A stretch of 64,000 nucleotides of DNA from Paraspadella gotoi (taxonomy: Eukaryota; Animalia; Chaetognatha): NCBI GenBank assembly GCA_051294375.1, contig CM119266.1, positions 16,486,087-16,550,086 of the forward strand, in the 5' to 3' direction. The stretch's first letter is position 1. Each line of letters opens with the position of its first letter. Position numbers and translations under genes: made by a program. This document shows positions 12,657 to 24,464 of the stretch, one piece after another. The notes under the pieces are model-generated. The model made no database searches, was not told the origin of the DNA, and saw nothing but the letters and a program-made list of their open reading frames with translations.

Positions 12657-14356
12657 TTACTCACGTTTCCTTTTTGAAAGAAAACAACAGGCCAATACGC
12701 CGAGGCTGACCGCGACAAAGAGAATGATAGGCGCAGCGACGCGGGCAAAAATCCTACGCTCGCCCAGAAGGACTTCGATCTTGGACTCCAACGAAGAAAC
12801 TTTTGCATCGGAAGAATCGAGATTTTCTCGAATCGTTCTCGATTTCTTTTTCTCCACCTCCAATTCGTTTTGCCAATACTCTTTTAGAAACTTGACGTCG
12901 TCGGTCATCTAAATAAAAATGGCAAATTTCCTCAGTTAAAGTCGATAAAAAGTCCAAGATTTTAATGTAATATGTATAATAATATGTATATAATAAGCTA
13001 AAATTTTAAAATTAAATTTTTAAGTAATTTTACTAGAATATTTTTATAGATCCTTTTTTAATGTTTCATAAGTTAAACAAATTGTAAATGTTTTTTTTCA
13101 TTTAATGTCATTTTACCCTACTGTATTAACTTAATTTTAGTAATATATTTATACATAAACAAGTTTGAGCAAACAATGTCGGATCTGCCCACGATAATTA
13201 ATTAAATCATGTTAATTATGTAATTAATTAATTTGATCCGAAATGTTTGTTTTTAGGTCTTTTCGTCACTAACCACGACAAAAGCAATTATTAATTAATA
13301 GATAAATAAATTGAATGAACAATTAATTGATTGGCTGATTAATTATTTGATTAATTAATACATCTTGCATTTACATTTAATAAAAAAAAAAGCATAATTA
13401 ATTAGTGAAACATGTTTTTTGTTTTTTTCATTTAAACTCATTTCCACTCGGACGATTCCATCGAAACTGGATTTCTAGCTTAATGATTAAGTTAATCACA
13501 CACTTTCACGAGTAATTGCTGTTTTTTGCTAAGGTGGGACGGACCGACGGACTGATGGACGGACGGACAGAAAGACATGATTTAAGTGAATGCCCGACAT
13601 GATTTAGGGGGGGGGGGAAATCTGCTGAAAAGCAGATCCGACTAAAAATTGTCATTTCCGACAAGAAAGATGGCATTGTGGACGAACATAAAGAAGATGC
13701 AACCTCGGTCAAACCACTTGACCTTAACAACCTGACCCCGCTCGCGTCCCCCAGTTTATTTATGTTTTTCCACGTCGGGCTCACCACGTATGGACGACAC
13801 AAGTTTCAGATCAAGAATGATTTATTCTTCAACAAGGTTATAAACAATAACAGTCAAAATGCTCAGATGCTAAGTCTATTACAATGGTATTTACAAAGGT
13901 CAACGTTTTGACCACAAATAAACTAGGGGACGCGAGCGGGGTCAGGTTGTTAAGGTCAAGTGGTTTGACCGAGGTTGCATGTTCTTTATGTTCGTCCACA
14001 GCATGTTAGTAAAAAATCGTCATTACCATTAGTTAATTCGGACTTTTTTTTATAACAAAATCACTATGTATGACGGTTGATATCTTATATGTTATTTTTA
14101 TATTCCCTAATATCCATTCAGTTTTGAAAATTACCTTGCGCATAACGTGAAAACAAGGACAAAATTTGCGGCATGTTTCCACAGTGTTCCTTGCGACGTC
14201 ATCCTTGCAAATATCAGTACAGCACGCAATGGCATTGAACTCTCGCTTGTAGCAACCTCCTCCGTCATTACAGAAACCACATTCATCAGCAAAGGCGTCT
14301 CCGTAGGAAAAACAAGCGCACCACAAAAAAATTAGCACTAGAGTTGTATATTTCAT
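12657..14356 (-). CDS. Two-exon single-pass membrane protein (157 aa): signal peptide, Grindelwald/TNFR-like cysteine-rich domain, coiled coil, TM helix, very short tail; exons 14356-14135 and 12908-12657
   Basis: MKYTTLVLIFLWCACFSYG signal; CGFCNDGGGCY...CCTDICKDDVARNTVETCRKFCPCF; phase-0 donor AAG|GTAATT joins phase-0 acceptor TTTATTTAG|ATG; TM helix VAAPIILFVAVSLGVLACCFL followed by SKRKRE*. Confidence 0.7.
13677..14000. mobile_element. 324-bp MITE with ~84-bp TIRs, Ginger-like
   Basis: TGT...ACA termini, near-perfect TIRs at 13677-13760 and 13917-14000, 4-bp TSD GCAT. Confidence 0.8.
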
Positions 14357-15491
14357 TATCCTCAGTGAACCTTTACTGCGAAGCGAAATAACTAGGGCAT
14401 TGAATACTATACTAAGTGAGAGAAAAAAAATTAGTCGACGCAATAAATAACTTCAATAATTCTTTGTAAATTAATACCTCTTCGGGTTATTGCAATTTTT
14501 TTTTAATTTACGTACACTTGCAATTCTTATCTATTCGCTTGGCCTTGAGTTATAAGAAGCTTACGTAATACGTAGTTTTAAATAAACTGCGTAAAAATAT
14601 TTAGGCTAAAGCTTGCTGGACTGTACATCTTGCACCACTTCTCTAGTGCGAGTGTAAATTTATTTTTAGTATATTGATCAAGCCATCATTCTTTATGGTA
14701 GACTAACTACAATATAGGATAAAATCATTTTAACTATAATGAATCTACTGGATTTCGAAATATTTTCATTTATTTAACAATTCAGTATTACTATACGAAC
14801 AAAATTTTCTTTTATTTTTTACGTCAATTATTTGCATATATCCTGAAATGAAACAAAACCGAAACTAATAAAATAAAAACTGTGTTATTTAATGACAAAA
14901 TTATTACTGAATTAGTTAAGTTCGAACAGGAAATGGAAGTACTGATTGTTTTATAGATTAGGGGTTAGGGTTAAGTAGCCAACTTTTTTATTTTTTTTTT
15001 AAATATTTTTAATAGTTTTAAATAGTTTTTCAAAAAACGCCAAAACCGCGGTCAACGAAAATAAAATTTAACCATTTTGTTTTTGCAAAAATAAAAAAGG
15101 AATCAATAAAATATCATAAAATTAAAAAAAGACTTAGGCTACAGGTGATATAAATTCTAATATTACAGTAATCTGCCATCAAAAAAATAATTTGGCGCTA
15201 ATTGATCAACTTTCTGAGAAACCTGTTCAGACAAATTTCTGATACGAAAAAGCAACTGACTCAAGAGGCTGGCTCTTTTTATCCGCGCTAAATGAGAACA
15301 AAAACTGAAACTGTCAGTATTTTAATCTGGAAAACTTCGATTTTATTCAGAATCCGACCACGACGATCGTCGTTTTCGACCAAGTCTCTTGCACCATAGT
15401 TCTTGGGTAATATAACCTGGACTCATCAATCCATGTGGGCTTTAAATAAGCTCGGCCGGCGACACTGAAAGCTCTCGCTCAAAACCTTATA

Positions 15492-16232
15492 CAGGGGTGG
15501 GACCATATATCGAGACAAAACTTAACGTCCTGCCCTGTCTGAACGATTTGAGATACAATAATAAAATAGGTGCCAAAAGATTTTTCTGTCTTTTTAATTT
15601 CATATGCACTGAAACAATAACAAATTTTAAACAACTACAGGGCGTTGTGGATGTTTTCAAATCATTTAGTCATTTTTATACGCGCACCTTACATTGCATA
15701 GTATAAAAGCCATACTTGTTAATATTTTTCAGTGGTCTTTTCAGTGGTCGTTTCTGAATATGATAGTGGTATGTCTTCTCTTTAATTTCTTCTAATTTCA
15801 GATTTTCATAACTATCCAAATTAAACTTATAAAAGTCAGTTTTAATAAAAATTTGACTAAATTATAATGGTAACTTACCCGAACCTTACTTACCTCAACT
15901 TTTTTTGACAAAAATGTAATGTATACCATGCTAAAAGTATTCTTATACTATAAATAAGCATTTTCATTAATAATTTTATCTGGAATTTTTTTAGAAAGGG
16001 ATTAAACAATAAGTAGTAAAACATTTTTCTTCCTAACCGCGCGGAGAAAACAGAGCAGTTGCCTTTGCTTCATCAAAATAAGCATTATATCAAAGAATTT
16101 AATAACAATTAATATATCGGATAAAAGCTAAGAAAGAGCATAATTTGAATCTTTATTCGGATTTCGAAAATCATTAACAGTTTTAGCGTAATGATTTTTT
16201 AAATTTTGTCTCGATATATGGTCCTACCACTG
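15492..16232. mobile_element. Tc1/mariner-type non-autonomous element
   Basis: TIRs CAGGGGTGGGACCATATATCGAGACAAAA / TTTTGTCTCGATATATGGTCCTACCACTG, with TA on the left flank. Confidence 0.7.
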
Positions 16233-16537
16233 CATTTCATTTCCAGCTTATTTTTACATTCGCCGACCGAGATTTTGCGGTCGGTTATTTTTTGTCCGCT
16301 TTTTAATTTTATGAGCGACATATATAAAAATCTCGTTACACAAAAATTTAAAAAAATATACTGGTAAGGGTAAAAAAGCTTTTTATTACAAATTCCTAAC
16401 CACCCTTAACCCTAACCATCCCTAATTCCTAATCAACCATAACCCAATTACTAACCGTTTAAAAAAATTACACAAAAATATTGTTTTTTTTTCTTTCCTT
16501 TTTTGTTCATGTACGAGTTTTATTAAGAAACAAGTTT

Positions 16538-16576
16538 CGGACATATTTCGACTTCAATGTAAACCTTCGTCAGCGC
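16538..16576 (-). ncRNA. Minimal hammerhead motif (left arm of an inverted pair)
   Basis: Minus strand CG-CTGACGA-A-GGTTT(ACATTG)AAGTC-GAAA-TAT-GTC^CG. Confidence 0.65.
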
Positions 16577-16680
16577 AAAACCGAATTGATTTGTGAAAAA
16601 AATATTTTCAGAGATTTTAAAATGAGAGAGAGAGAGAGAAAGAGTGTGAAAATATTTGTTTCACAAATCAATTCGTTTTT

Positions 16681-16716
16681 GCGCTGATTAAGGCTTACAA
16701 AGCTGAAACATGTCCT
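16681..16716 (+). ncRNA. Degenerate hammerhead motif (right arm of the inverted pair)
   Basis: CG-CTGATTA-A-GGCTT(ACA)AAGCT-GAAAC-AT-GTC^C, with one core substitution. Confidence 0.55.
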
Positions 16717-17039
16717 AAATTTGTTTCTTTATAAAACTTATACGTAAACCAACAATTCATTTTCTACCTTAAACATAAAAATAGCAATTAAAATAAATTT
16801 AAAACAATTATTATAAATTTAGTATTACTTAACAAAACAAAATGAATATTATTGCGGAAAGTGAGATACAACGCTCGAGGGAAAACAAAATTAAATGGAT
16901 TAACAAAGCACCAACCGGTGGTACTAAGGTTGATTGCGGACGTCGAATAGTAAAGTTACCCAAATAATCGCCTTAATGTACGTTTATTATTTTCCCTTTT
17001 AAGATTACTTTTGTTGCATTGATTTATGATTACATATTA

Positions 17040-17190
17040 CATAATTTCACTTTCGCCGACTGGGGTTAAGGGTTAAAGGTGGTTAAAGGTGGTTTAGGGG
17101 TGGTAAAGGGTGATTACTGATTAGGATTATTTTTAAATAGTTTTTTAAAAGAAGCTAAACCCCCAATCGGCGAAAAGAAAAATTTTACCA
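17040..17190. mobile_element. Short TIR element with an internal degenerate TTAGGG tract; relatives at ~14958-15075, 21808-22105, 23580-23745, 25760-25915, 36095-36180
   Basis: TIR AATTT(C/T)ACTTTCGCCGAC..GTCGGCGAAA..AAATTT enclosing GGGTTA-like repeats. Confidence 0.65.
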
Positions 17191-17639
17191 AATTATTTTT
17201 TCACTAATGTACAAAAGTGTGAAAGTCATTTTAAAACATGACGAGCTAGCCAAGGAGTAAATACCAAATAAGTAATAATAACACAAGAGCGACTTATAAA
17301 TAAACAAAATAGGTAAGAATAATGGCAAAACTGGCTTTCATGAATTTATTAGCGTTAGTTTATAACGGGTGAAATTCTACAATTTTTACAAAACAGACAG
17401 CTAACACATTTCTTCCTTCAAATATGAATATAATCGAACGCTTTACGGATACGATACTTTCTTGATCATCATCCTTCTGCTTCTTTGAAGATTCGCCCAC
17501 TTATCATCATCAAATATACATACATGGCCTCGTTCCTCAATTTTCTCATTTATTCTGTACATCTGTAAATCATGAGACCTTTAAAATTACAGCAGTATTA
17601 AAACCTTGTTAACCTACGTAGTAACAAAAAGTACTACCA

Positions 17640-18833
17640 TCAAGAATGGAGGGAGAAATGATATTGAATTACACTACGACAGATAGGACAACGAGCGTCG
17701 ACCAATCTTTTGAAGCAACGGGAACAGACGGCTGCGTGGCGACAAGGAAGAGTGACTACCTCTAAGGGAAGCATTAAACAGACCGCGCAATTTTGTCTCG
17801 TTCGAGGAAGTTGTGAATCAACGGGCCCCTCCAAATCTACGGCAGGCATTCCGGACGGAATGTAAGGTCTAAGACAAAATTTTTGGTTGGCATTAGTGAC
17901 CACAAAGGATGAACAAGCGCGCAAACGTAAAGGCGTCATAGCATGTGCAACTTTAAAGACAGTCATCATTGCAACAACATTTGGTGAACCACAATTGGGG
18001 ACAAAGTCTGGAAAATCAAGATCGTCAACACCAACTACCATGACAAGGGGATAGTGAGTTCGCACGCGTGAATGGAATTCTAAAAAAATAAAGTTGTATA
18101 TTAATATTAATAATTTAAAAAAGCTAAAAATGAGGGTCAAGCGTACCTTCATTTAAACGAGCTTCCAGGCACAAAGATTGATTTAGACCAACTCCTACGT
18201 TTTCAACATTCTTCGCCTCTTGAGCTAACTCATGAAATGGAGCATTATCAGTCAGTCGACGGAGAAATGAGCGCCAGTGATTGTCGAGCAGGGATTTGTG
18301 AAGGGCGTTTATTTCGACGCCCCATAAGAGGAGTTCGCGACATGGTGTTTGATAGGAACGTAAAAGTAAGATTGAAGTTTCATCGCTGTGATGAATTTCG
18401 ATTTGAAAGGGATTGTGTATCCCGACCATCGCAGTTTTTAAGAGCAGGGGAGACGTTGGACCATGCAAATGAAATATTTCTGGGTGGCCACTCCTGAGAA
18501 ATAAATAAACATTACTGTAAAATACTGTAGACGAAGTAAAACGGACTAAGGCAATGAAAGCTGCAATCATGCTTTTAGGAAAGAATTTCCGGATTTTGCG
18601 ATGCACTCAAAAGTGGATAAGCGGACCATCCCAACCCAGCGTGATGATTTTAACCCTGTTGGCAAAACGCACCTCATTACATAGCTCACGACGACGAGAG
18701 AAATGACTAAACAGGTAATAATGCCGATTAACAGTAAACCATCAGTACTTCCGAAATCAAAGTTATTAAAATTGTAGACATCAGATTTGAAATTGTTTAG
18801 ACGTAGTACCACTTTACTCCAGAATGACAACAT
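17640..18833 (-). CDS. CGRRF1: Cell growth regulator with RING finger domain 1; exons 18833-18673, 18493-18147, 18079-17640
   Basis: N-terminal TM helix, MVGIHNPFQIEI and LLWGV motifs, RTHYPLV, C-terminal C3HC4 RING CAVC..LPCRHAAVCSRCF..CPICR; splice phases agree. Confidence 0.85.
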
Positions 18834-20575
18834 CCTAAATAAGAAAATTATTATTATCGCAGAAGGAGGCAGCCATTTATTTCCAAAATAGAAACTTTTG
18901 AAAAACAAGTTTGAGCAAACAATGCCGGATCTACCCACGATCATTAGCGGTAAGCAGCTGATCAGATAATTAATATTAATTTTTTTATTCGTGTCAATAT
19001 CGTTTTCCACTTTGTCTCGCCTCTCAATCACAAAACAATCTCGATCACCAAATTAATTAATTACAAATAATTAATCAATTATTTATTAATAATTAATTAA
19101 TGCAGCTGAATTTATATTTAATATAAAAATAACAAGTTTGAGCAAACAATGTCGGATCTGCCCACGATCATTATCGGTAATTCTTGAATTAATTTGATTA
19201 ATTTTTGATCCAAAATGTTTGTTTTGATTGATTAACTGATTAATTAATTATTAATTAATTAATTAAGTAACTGATTAATTATTTGATTAATTAATACATC
19301 TTGCATTTACATTTAATATAAAAGAAAAATGAGCATAATCAATTAGTAAAACAGGTTTTTTGTTTTTTTCCATTTAAACTCATTTCCACTCAAACGATTC
19401 CATCGAAACTTGATTTCCAGCGTAATCACACACATATAAAATTTCAGGTTAATCGCCCCATCCACTCATGAGTAATTGGTGTTCAAATAGTGAAATTAAT
19501 TTTTTTGTTTTTTCCATTTAAACTCTTTTGTTTCCATCGAAATTTCATATCCAGCTCAATCACACACTTCCCAACCCACACACAAAATTTTATTCCAATC
19601 CATCAATCTAATCACGAGTAATTGGAATTATTTGCTAAGGTGGGATGGACGGAGATGATTTAAGTTAATGCCCGACAAGATTGGGGGACGGACCGACGGA
19701 CCAACAAAGTGAATTATAGAGTTGGGATCTGCTAATAAGCAGATCCGACTAAAAAAAGCATGATCAAATAGTGAAATACATTGTTTTTTCCATTTTATCT
19801 TATTTCCACTCGGACGATTCCATCGAAACTTGATTTCCAGCTTAATCACACACTTTCCTACCTCCACAAAAAATTTCATTCCAATCCATCGATCAAATCA
19901 CGAGCAATTGGTGTTTTTTGCTAAGGTGGGACGGATGGACAGACAGTCATAATTTATCATAATTCAATGTTCTGATATGATATAAGAGAATGCCCGACAA
20001 GATTGGGGGGGCGGACCGACAAACCGACAAAGTCAATTATAGAGCCGGGATCTGCTGAAAGATCTAGTGAGCCCCAAGAGACAGAACGGATGGCACTAAT
20101 TAAATCGCTGTCATTCTCGTATATATTTAATTAATTATTTATATTTATTTATTATTTATATTTAATTAATTAGATACATTCTATCTTACAGGATATTTTA
20201 ACTGCAGATGTTGAGCAGGGCTACTAAAACTACTAAAGTACATTCCAAAAACTAATCTAATCAATTTAAATTTAATACAAACAAAATGTCAAAATAAGAA
20301 TTATCAAAAAAAAAAAATTCTAGATATAAAAAATTGTTTTAGCATTATATAGTATTCTCTGATCTTTTATACAATTGAAACATTCTTTAAAATATTAACC
20401 TACTTTATTGATAGGGAAGCTAGGCACCAGTGAATAGACTAGACTCTAAGAAAGTTTTGATTAAAATCTTGCAGGGTCCTGCTATGCTATTATCTTGTAA
20501 GACGGATGGATGCTTAACCCACCATAACTTGTCCAAAATCAGAGGCAAGATAGCTTATTAATTGAATGAATAATT

Positions 20576-21230
20576 TGAAGAGACAGTAATTATTATTATG
20601 TGTTAGTGATAGTACCGTTCAATATAAGCAGTCCCTGAGCTTTGGATCAGGCTGTAACACCATGTTACAGGCGGGTTAAGCGCCCCGTCCCTCTTAACTG
20701 CCAGACGACATCGGCTAGAACCCCGAACCTTTGGGTTGGGAGGCAAATGACTTGCCTCCAGCACCAATGGCCGCTGATGAACGGTTGGTGGATTTTAGTC
20801 CACCATACATCCCCCCCTCCCGTAGGGAGAAGTCTGTTGCGTCTCTTCAGTGAATTTTTGTTATTGGTGGAAAGTTCGTCACCAAGTTTAGGCATGTCGC
20901 CTGATATGTTGTGGGCGGAAAGTGCATCGCCAGGTTGAGGCATGTCGCCTGAAAGTGTTGTTTGTTGCTGTTGTGTTCGGAAGTTGGGCTCACCAATGAA
21001 GAGACAGTAATTATTGTTATGTGTTAGTGATAGTACCGTTCAATATAAGCAGTCCCTGAGCTTTGGATCAGGCTGTAACACCATGTTACAGGCGGGTTAA
21101 GCGCCCCGTCCCTCTTAACTGCCAGACGACCATCGGGCTAGAACCCCGAACCTTTGGGTTGGGAGGCAAATGACTTGCCTCCAGACCATGCCGCTGGATG
21201 AAAACGGTTGGTGGATTTTAGTCCACCATA
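20576..21230 (-). mobile_element. Full-length TRIM (miniature LTR retrotransposon): LTRs 21230-20997 and 20807-20576, 189-bp non-coding interior
   Basis: Near-identical direct repeats with TA...CA ends; PBS-like TGGTGAGCCCAAC 1 nt after the 5' LTR; PPT GGAGGGGGGGA before the 3' LTR; AATT target duplication at 20572-20575 and 21231-21234. Confidence 0.85.
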
Positions 21231-21540
21231 AATTTTTATATTGGTTGTCCTAATTTCACAGTTGTTCCCATTAAAATTAGAATTTGATCGGCTCGCTCAC
21301 TTTTTTTTTTTTGGGGGGGGGAGATTTTTTGTTAGCTTTAATTTTTTTCATTTTGTTTTAGATTTGATTAAGTTAGGCTTAAGGACTATTACAATAGTAT
21401 TACAATAGTATGACAATAGTACTATTAGTCTATTACAATAGTATTACATATCGAACATGTCGCGTAATCATGGAAAAAGGAGGAAAAATGGGAAAAATAA
21501 TAAAAATATTTTTTCAATCTCTTTACCTAAATTATTTAAT

Positions 21541-21696
21541 TCAGTAGGCGCCATTAACTTTAAGGAATTCTGAAGAGAGTCGAATTCCAACAGCCAATGC
21601 GAATCCCCAAGCAATAATGACCATTGCAAAGAGCAGGACGTTGAGTGTCAAAGCAACTGTCCATGAAGATAATTTCAAATACATCATAAGTTTCGC
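21541..21696 (-). CDS. Possible terminal exon of a small membrane protein
   Basis: TTTTCAG acceptor, then the hydrophobic run SSWTVALTLNVLLFAMVIIAWGFALAVGI to a stop; a candidate upstream exon lies near 22210-22258. Confidence 0.3.
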   Translation of the reverse strand, partial: AKLMMYLKLSSWTVALTLNVLLFAMVIIAWGFALAVGIRLSSEFLKVNGAY

Positions 21697-24464
21697 TGAA
21701 AAATTTAAAATAGTGTCCGAGAGGAACAATAATAAAAAACGTATATCAGCCTTACTATATTCCAATGAAAAATTGAGTTGACTTCGAATTTACAAAAGTG
21801 AAGCGGCATAATTTTACTATCGCCGACTGGGGATAAGGGGGGGTAATAATTTTTTTTTGGATATTAACTTTTCGTTTTATAAGATTAATAAAAAATTGTT
21901 TTGATACTACAACGATATTATTTAAACAAGAATGGACATTGTTTCGACTCCAATGCGAGTCTTCATTGGCGCGTTTTTTTGTGAAGGTCTAAATAAAATC
22001 GTTGTAGTATCAAAACAAATTTTCCTTAATTTTTTTATAAATAAATATTTTTAAATAGTTTTTCAAAACGCCAAAACCCCAGTTGGTGAAAATAAAATTT
22101 TACCAGTGAAGCTTTATATAAATATAATACAGATTCGATTTTGGTCTATTTTATAAAAAGTAATAATAATAATACTAACACTTAAGAATAGCGCTTAATT
22201 ACGCTTAACCAGGAAACTTCTTGTGCAGTACTTCGACATACACCAGTAGACTCAAAACCTTTAACTAAAAAAAAATATTCAAATAAAATCGTTTTTTCCT
22301 GAATTATGATTTTTACTTAATTTTCTGTAAAAATAAGCAAAAGCATTCTTGCAATAAATTAAAGATAGCAGAAACTATCCTATATAAAAATATATCTTTA
22401 ATCAGTAGCATTAACTCCATAATAAAGAAGCATGTAATAAAAAATTATAAAATATATGAATAATGATTAATGAGTATTGAATATTATTATTATCTTTTAT
22501 ATTAATAATAACTACTATAACATAATATTCTTATACAACAAGCATTTATAGTATATCATTAGTTTTAATGTAAATGTCTCCATATTTTATTATATTTATG
22601 TTTACTTTGAAACATATTCATTAAGCAATGTCAGAACACTTATCTGCTAATTATTAATTTAAATGTTTGATCGATATTACACAAATCATAAAATCGAAAA
22701 AAGGATTGTTGGTCCAAATAGAGTACTTTTCACTATTACGTAAAAATAAAAATATGGAACAAGAGATATGGACATTGGACAGTTAAGTATCTCAATACAA
22801 AACAAATTTAGGATTTATGATATAATTAACTTTTATCCAAGAACGACAACTAGTACGTACTTGGAAAGAATATGTATTACTGATAAACCGCGGTTACAAG
22901 CGCCTTACATCATTACTGCCATTTTTAAAGCCAAATAAAACGCTGAAAAACTGCTCTTTTTCAATATTACTATCAAAGAGGATAATAGAAAAGAACAAGT
23001 TTAAGAAAACAATGCCGGAGCTGCCTACGATCATTAGCGGTAAGCAGTTGATCAGATAAATAATAATTAATTTTTTTTTTGTTCGCGTCAAAATCGTTTT
23101 CCACTTTTCCTCGCCTCGAATCTCGATCACAAAATTAATAAATTAATTAATTACAAAATAATTAATAAATGACCAATTTATTAATTATTAATATAAAAAG
23201 AAAACGATCATTAATCAAATGGTGAAATAGTTTGTTTTTTCCATTTTAACTCATTTCCACTTGGACGATTCCATCGAAACTTGATTTCTGGCTTTTTTTT
23301 TCCCCCTTTTTTCTGGCTTTCCTACCAACAAACAAAATTTTAAGTCAATCGTCCCATAACCCACGCCTACTTCCTTCGTTGCACTCATGAGTAATTAGCG
23401 TTCAAAGCTAACGGGGGACGGACGGACATCAATTTTTTTGCATAAGTTATCATAATTCAATATTCTGAGATGATGTAAGTTACTTACCGACAAGATTATA
23501 GGGTCGGACCGACAAAGTGGATTAAAGAGCCAGAATCTGCTGGAAGTAGATCCAGCTAATAATGAACAAATGCATAAAGAAATTGGCTAAATTTTACTTT
23601 CGCCAACCACGGTTTTGGGGTCTTTGAAAAAACCACTTAAAAATAGTTATTTTTTTAAAAAAAATTTTAAAAATATTACCTAATTACCCTAACCCTAAAC
23701 CATCCTTAACCCTAACCCCGGTTGGCTAAAATAAAAATAACCCAGGAAATTATCATCGCAGTACAATTTTACTTTTACCGACTGGAACCGAACTACATAG
23801 ACCTATTTTTTTTATTCGCAATATTCATTACTTTTTTTTAAGCCACAGTAAAATTTGGTTAATGTTAAAAGTATTTAAAGTCGGGGGTGGTTACTGGTTA
23901 GGGTTAAAGTTTGTTAAGGGTGGTTAGGGGTAATTAGGGTTAAGGGTAGTTAGGGTTAGAGTTATTGGTTAGGAATTAGGGTATTTGTAATAATGAAATT
24001 GGTACAACCAATATAAAAATTATCCATTCATTTAATAATATTCGAAAATCCTTTTTTTTGCTGAATAATTTTTTTTGGTTAAGCAGAAAAAAAATCACAC
24101 ACAATTTTGCGATCTTCTGCCAAAAAAATTTTAAAAAAGTAAGATACCTAGGGATTAAACCTTGGACGCATTGTTGGGAACCAAGCCCACTGAAGATATT
24201 AGATGAAGCGGTTTTAATTTACCGCAATAGGGTCCACCCCCTCGCAAACTTCCCCGGACCAATCTGGAGAGGGTGAATTCGTTGTCAAAGTGCGAGTGAA
24301 CGGGTGTATCTGCAGTAATTGGGGCATAGGCTTGATAGTTGATATGCATACTCAAAATTTGGGCCCCATGTTCACCGATTAGAAATAAAGTGATTAAAAT
24401 GGATATGACTTTTCGAGTGAGATTCAGATACTTGATCTTATTTACGAATCTTTGGATCGAAATT

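Noticed and set aside
20772-20807. Hammerhead in the TRIM LTR (CTGATGA followed by a hairpin)
   Set aside because: No GAAA or cleavage triplet follows.
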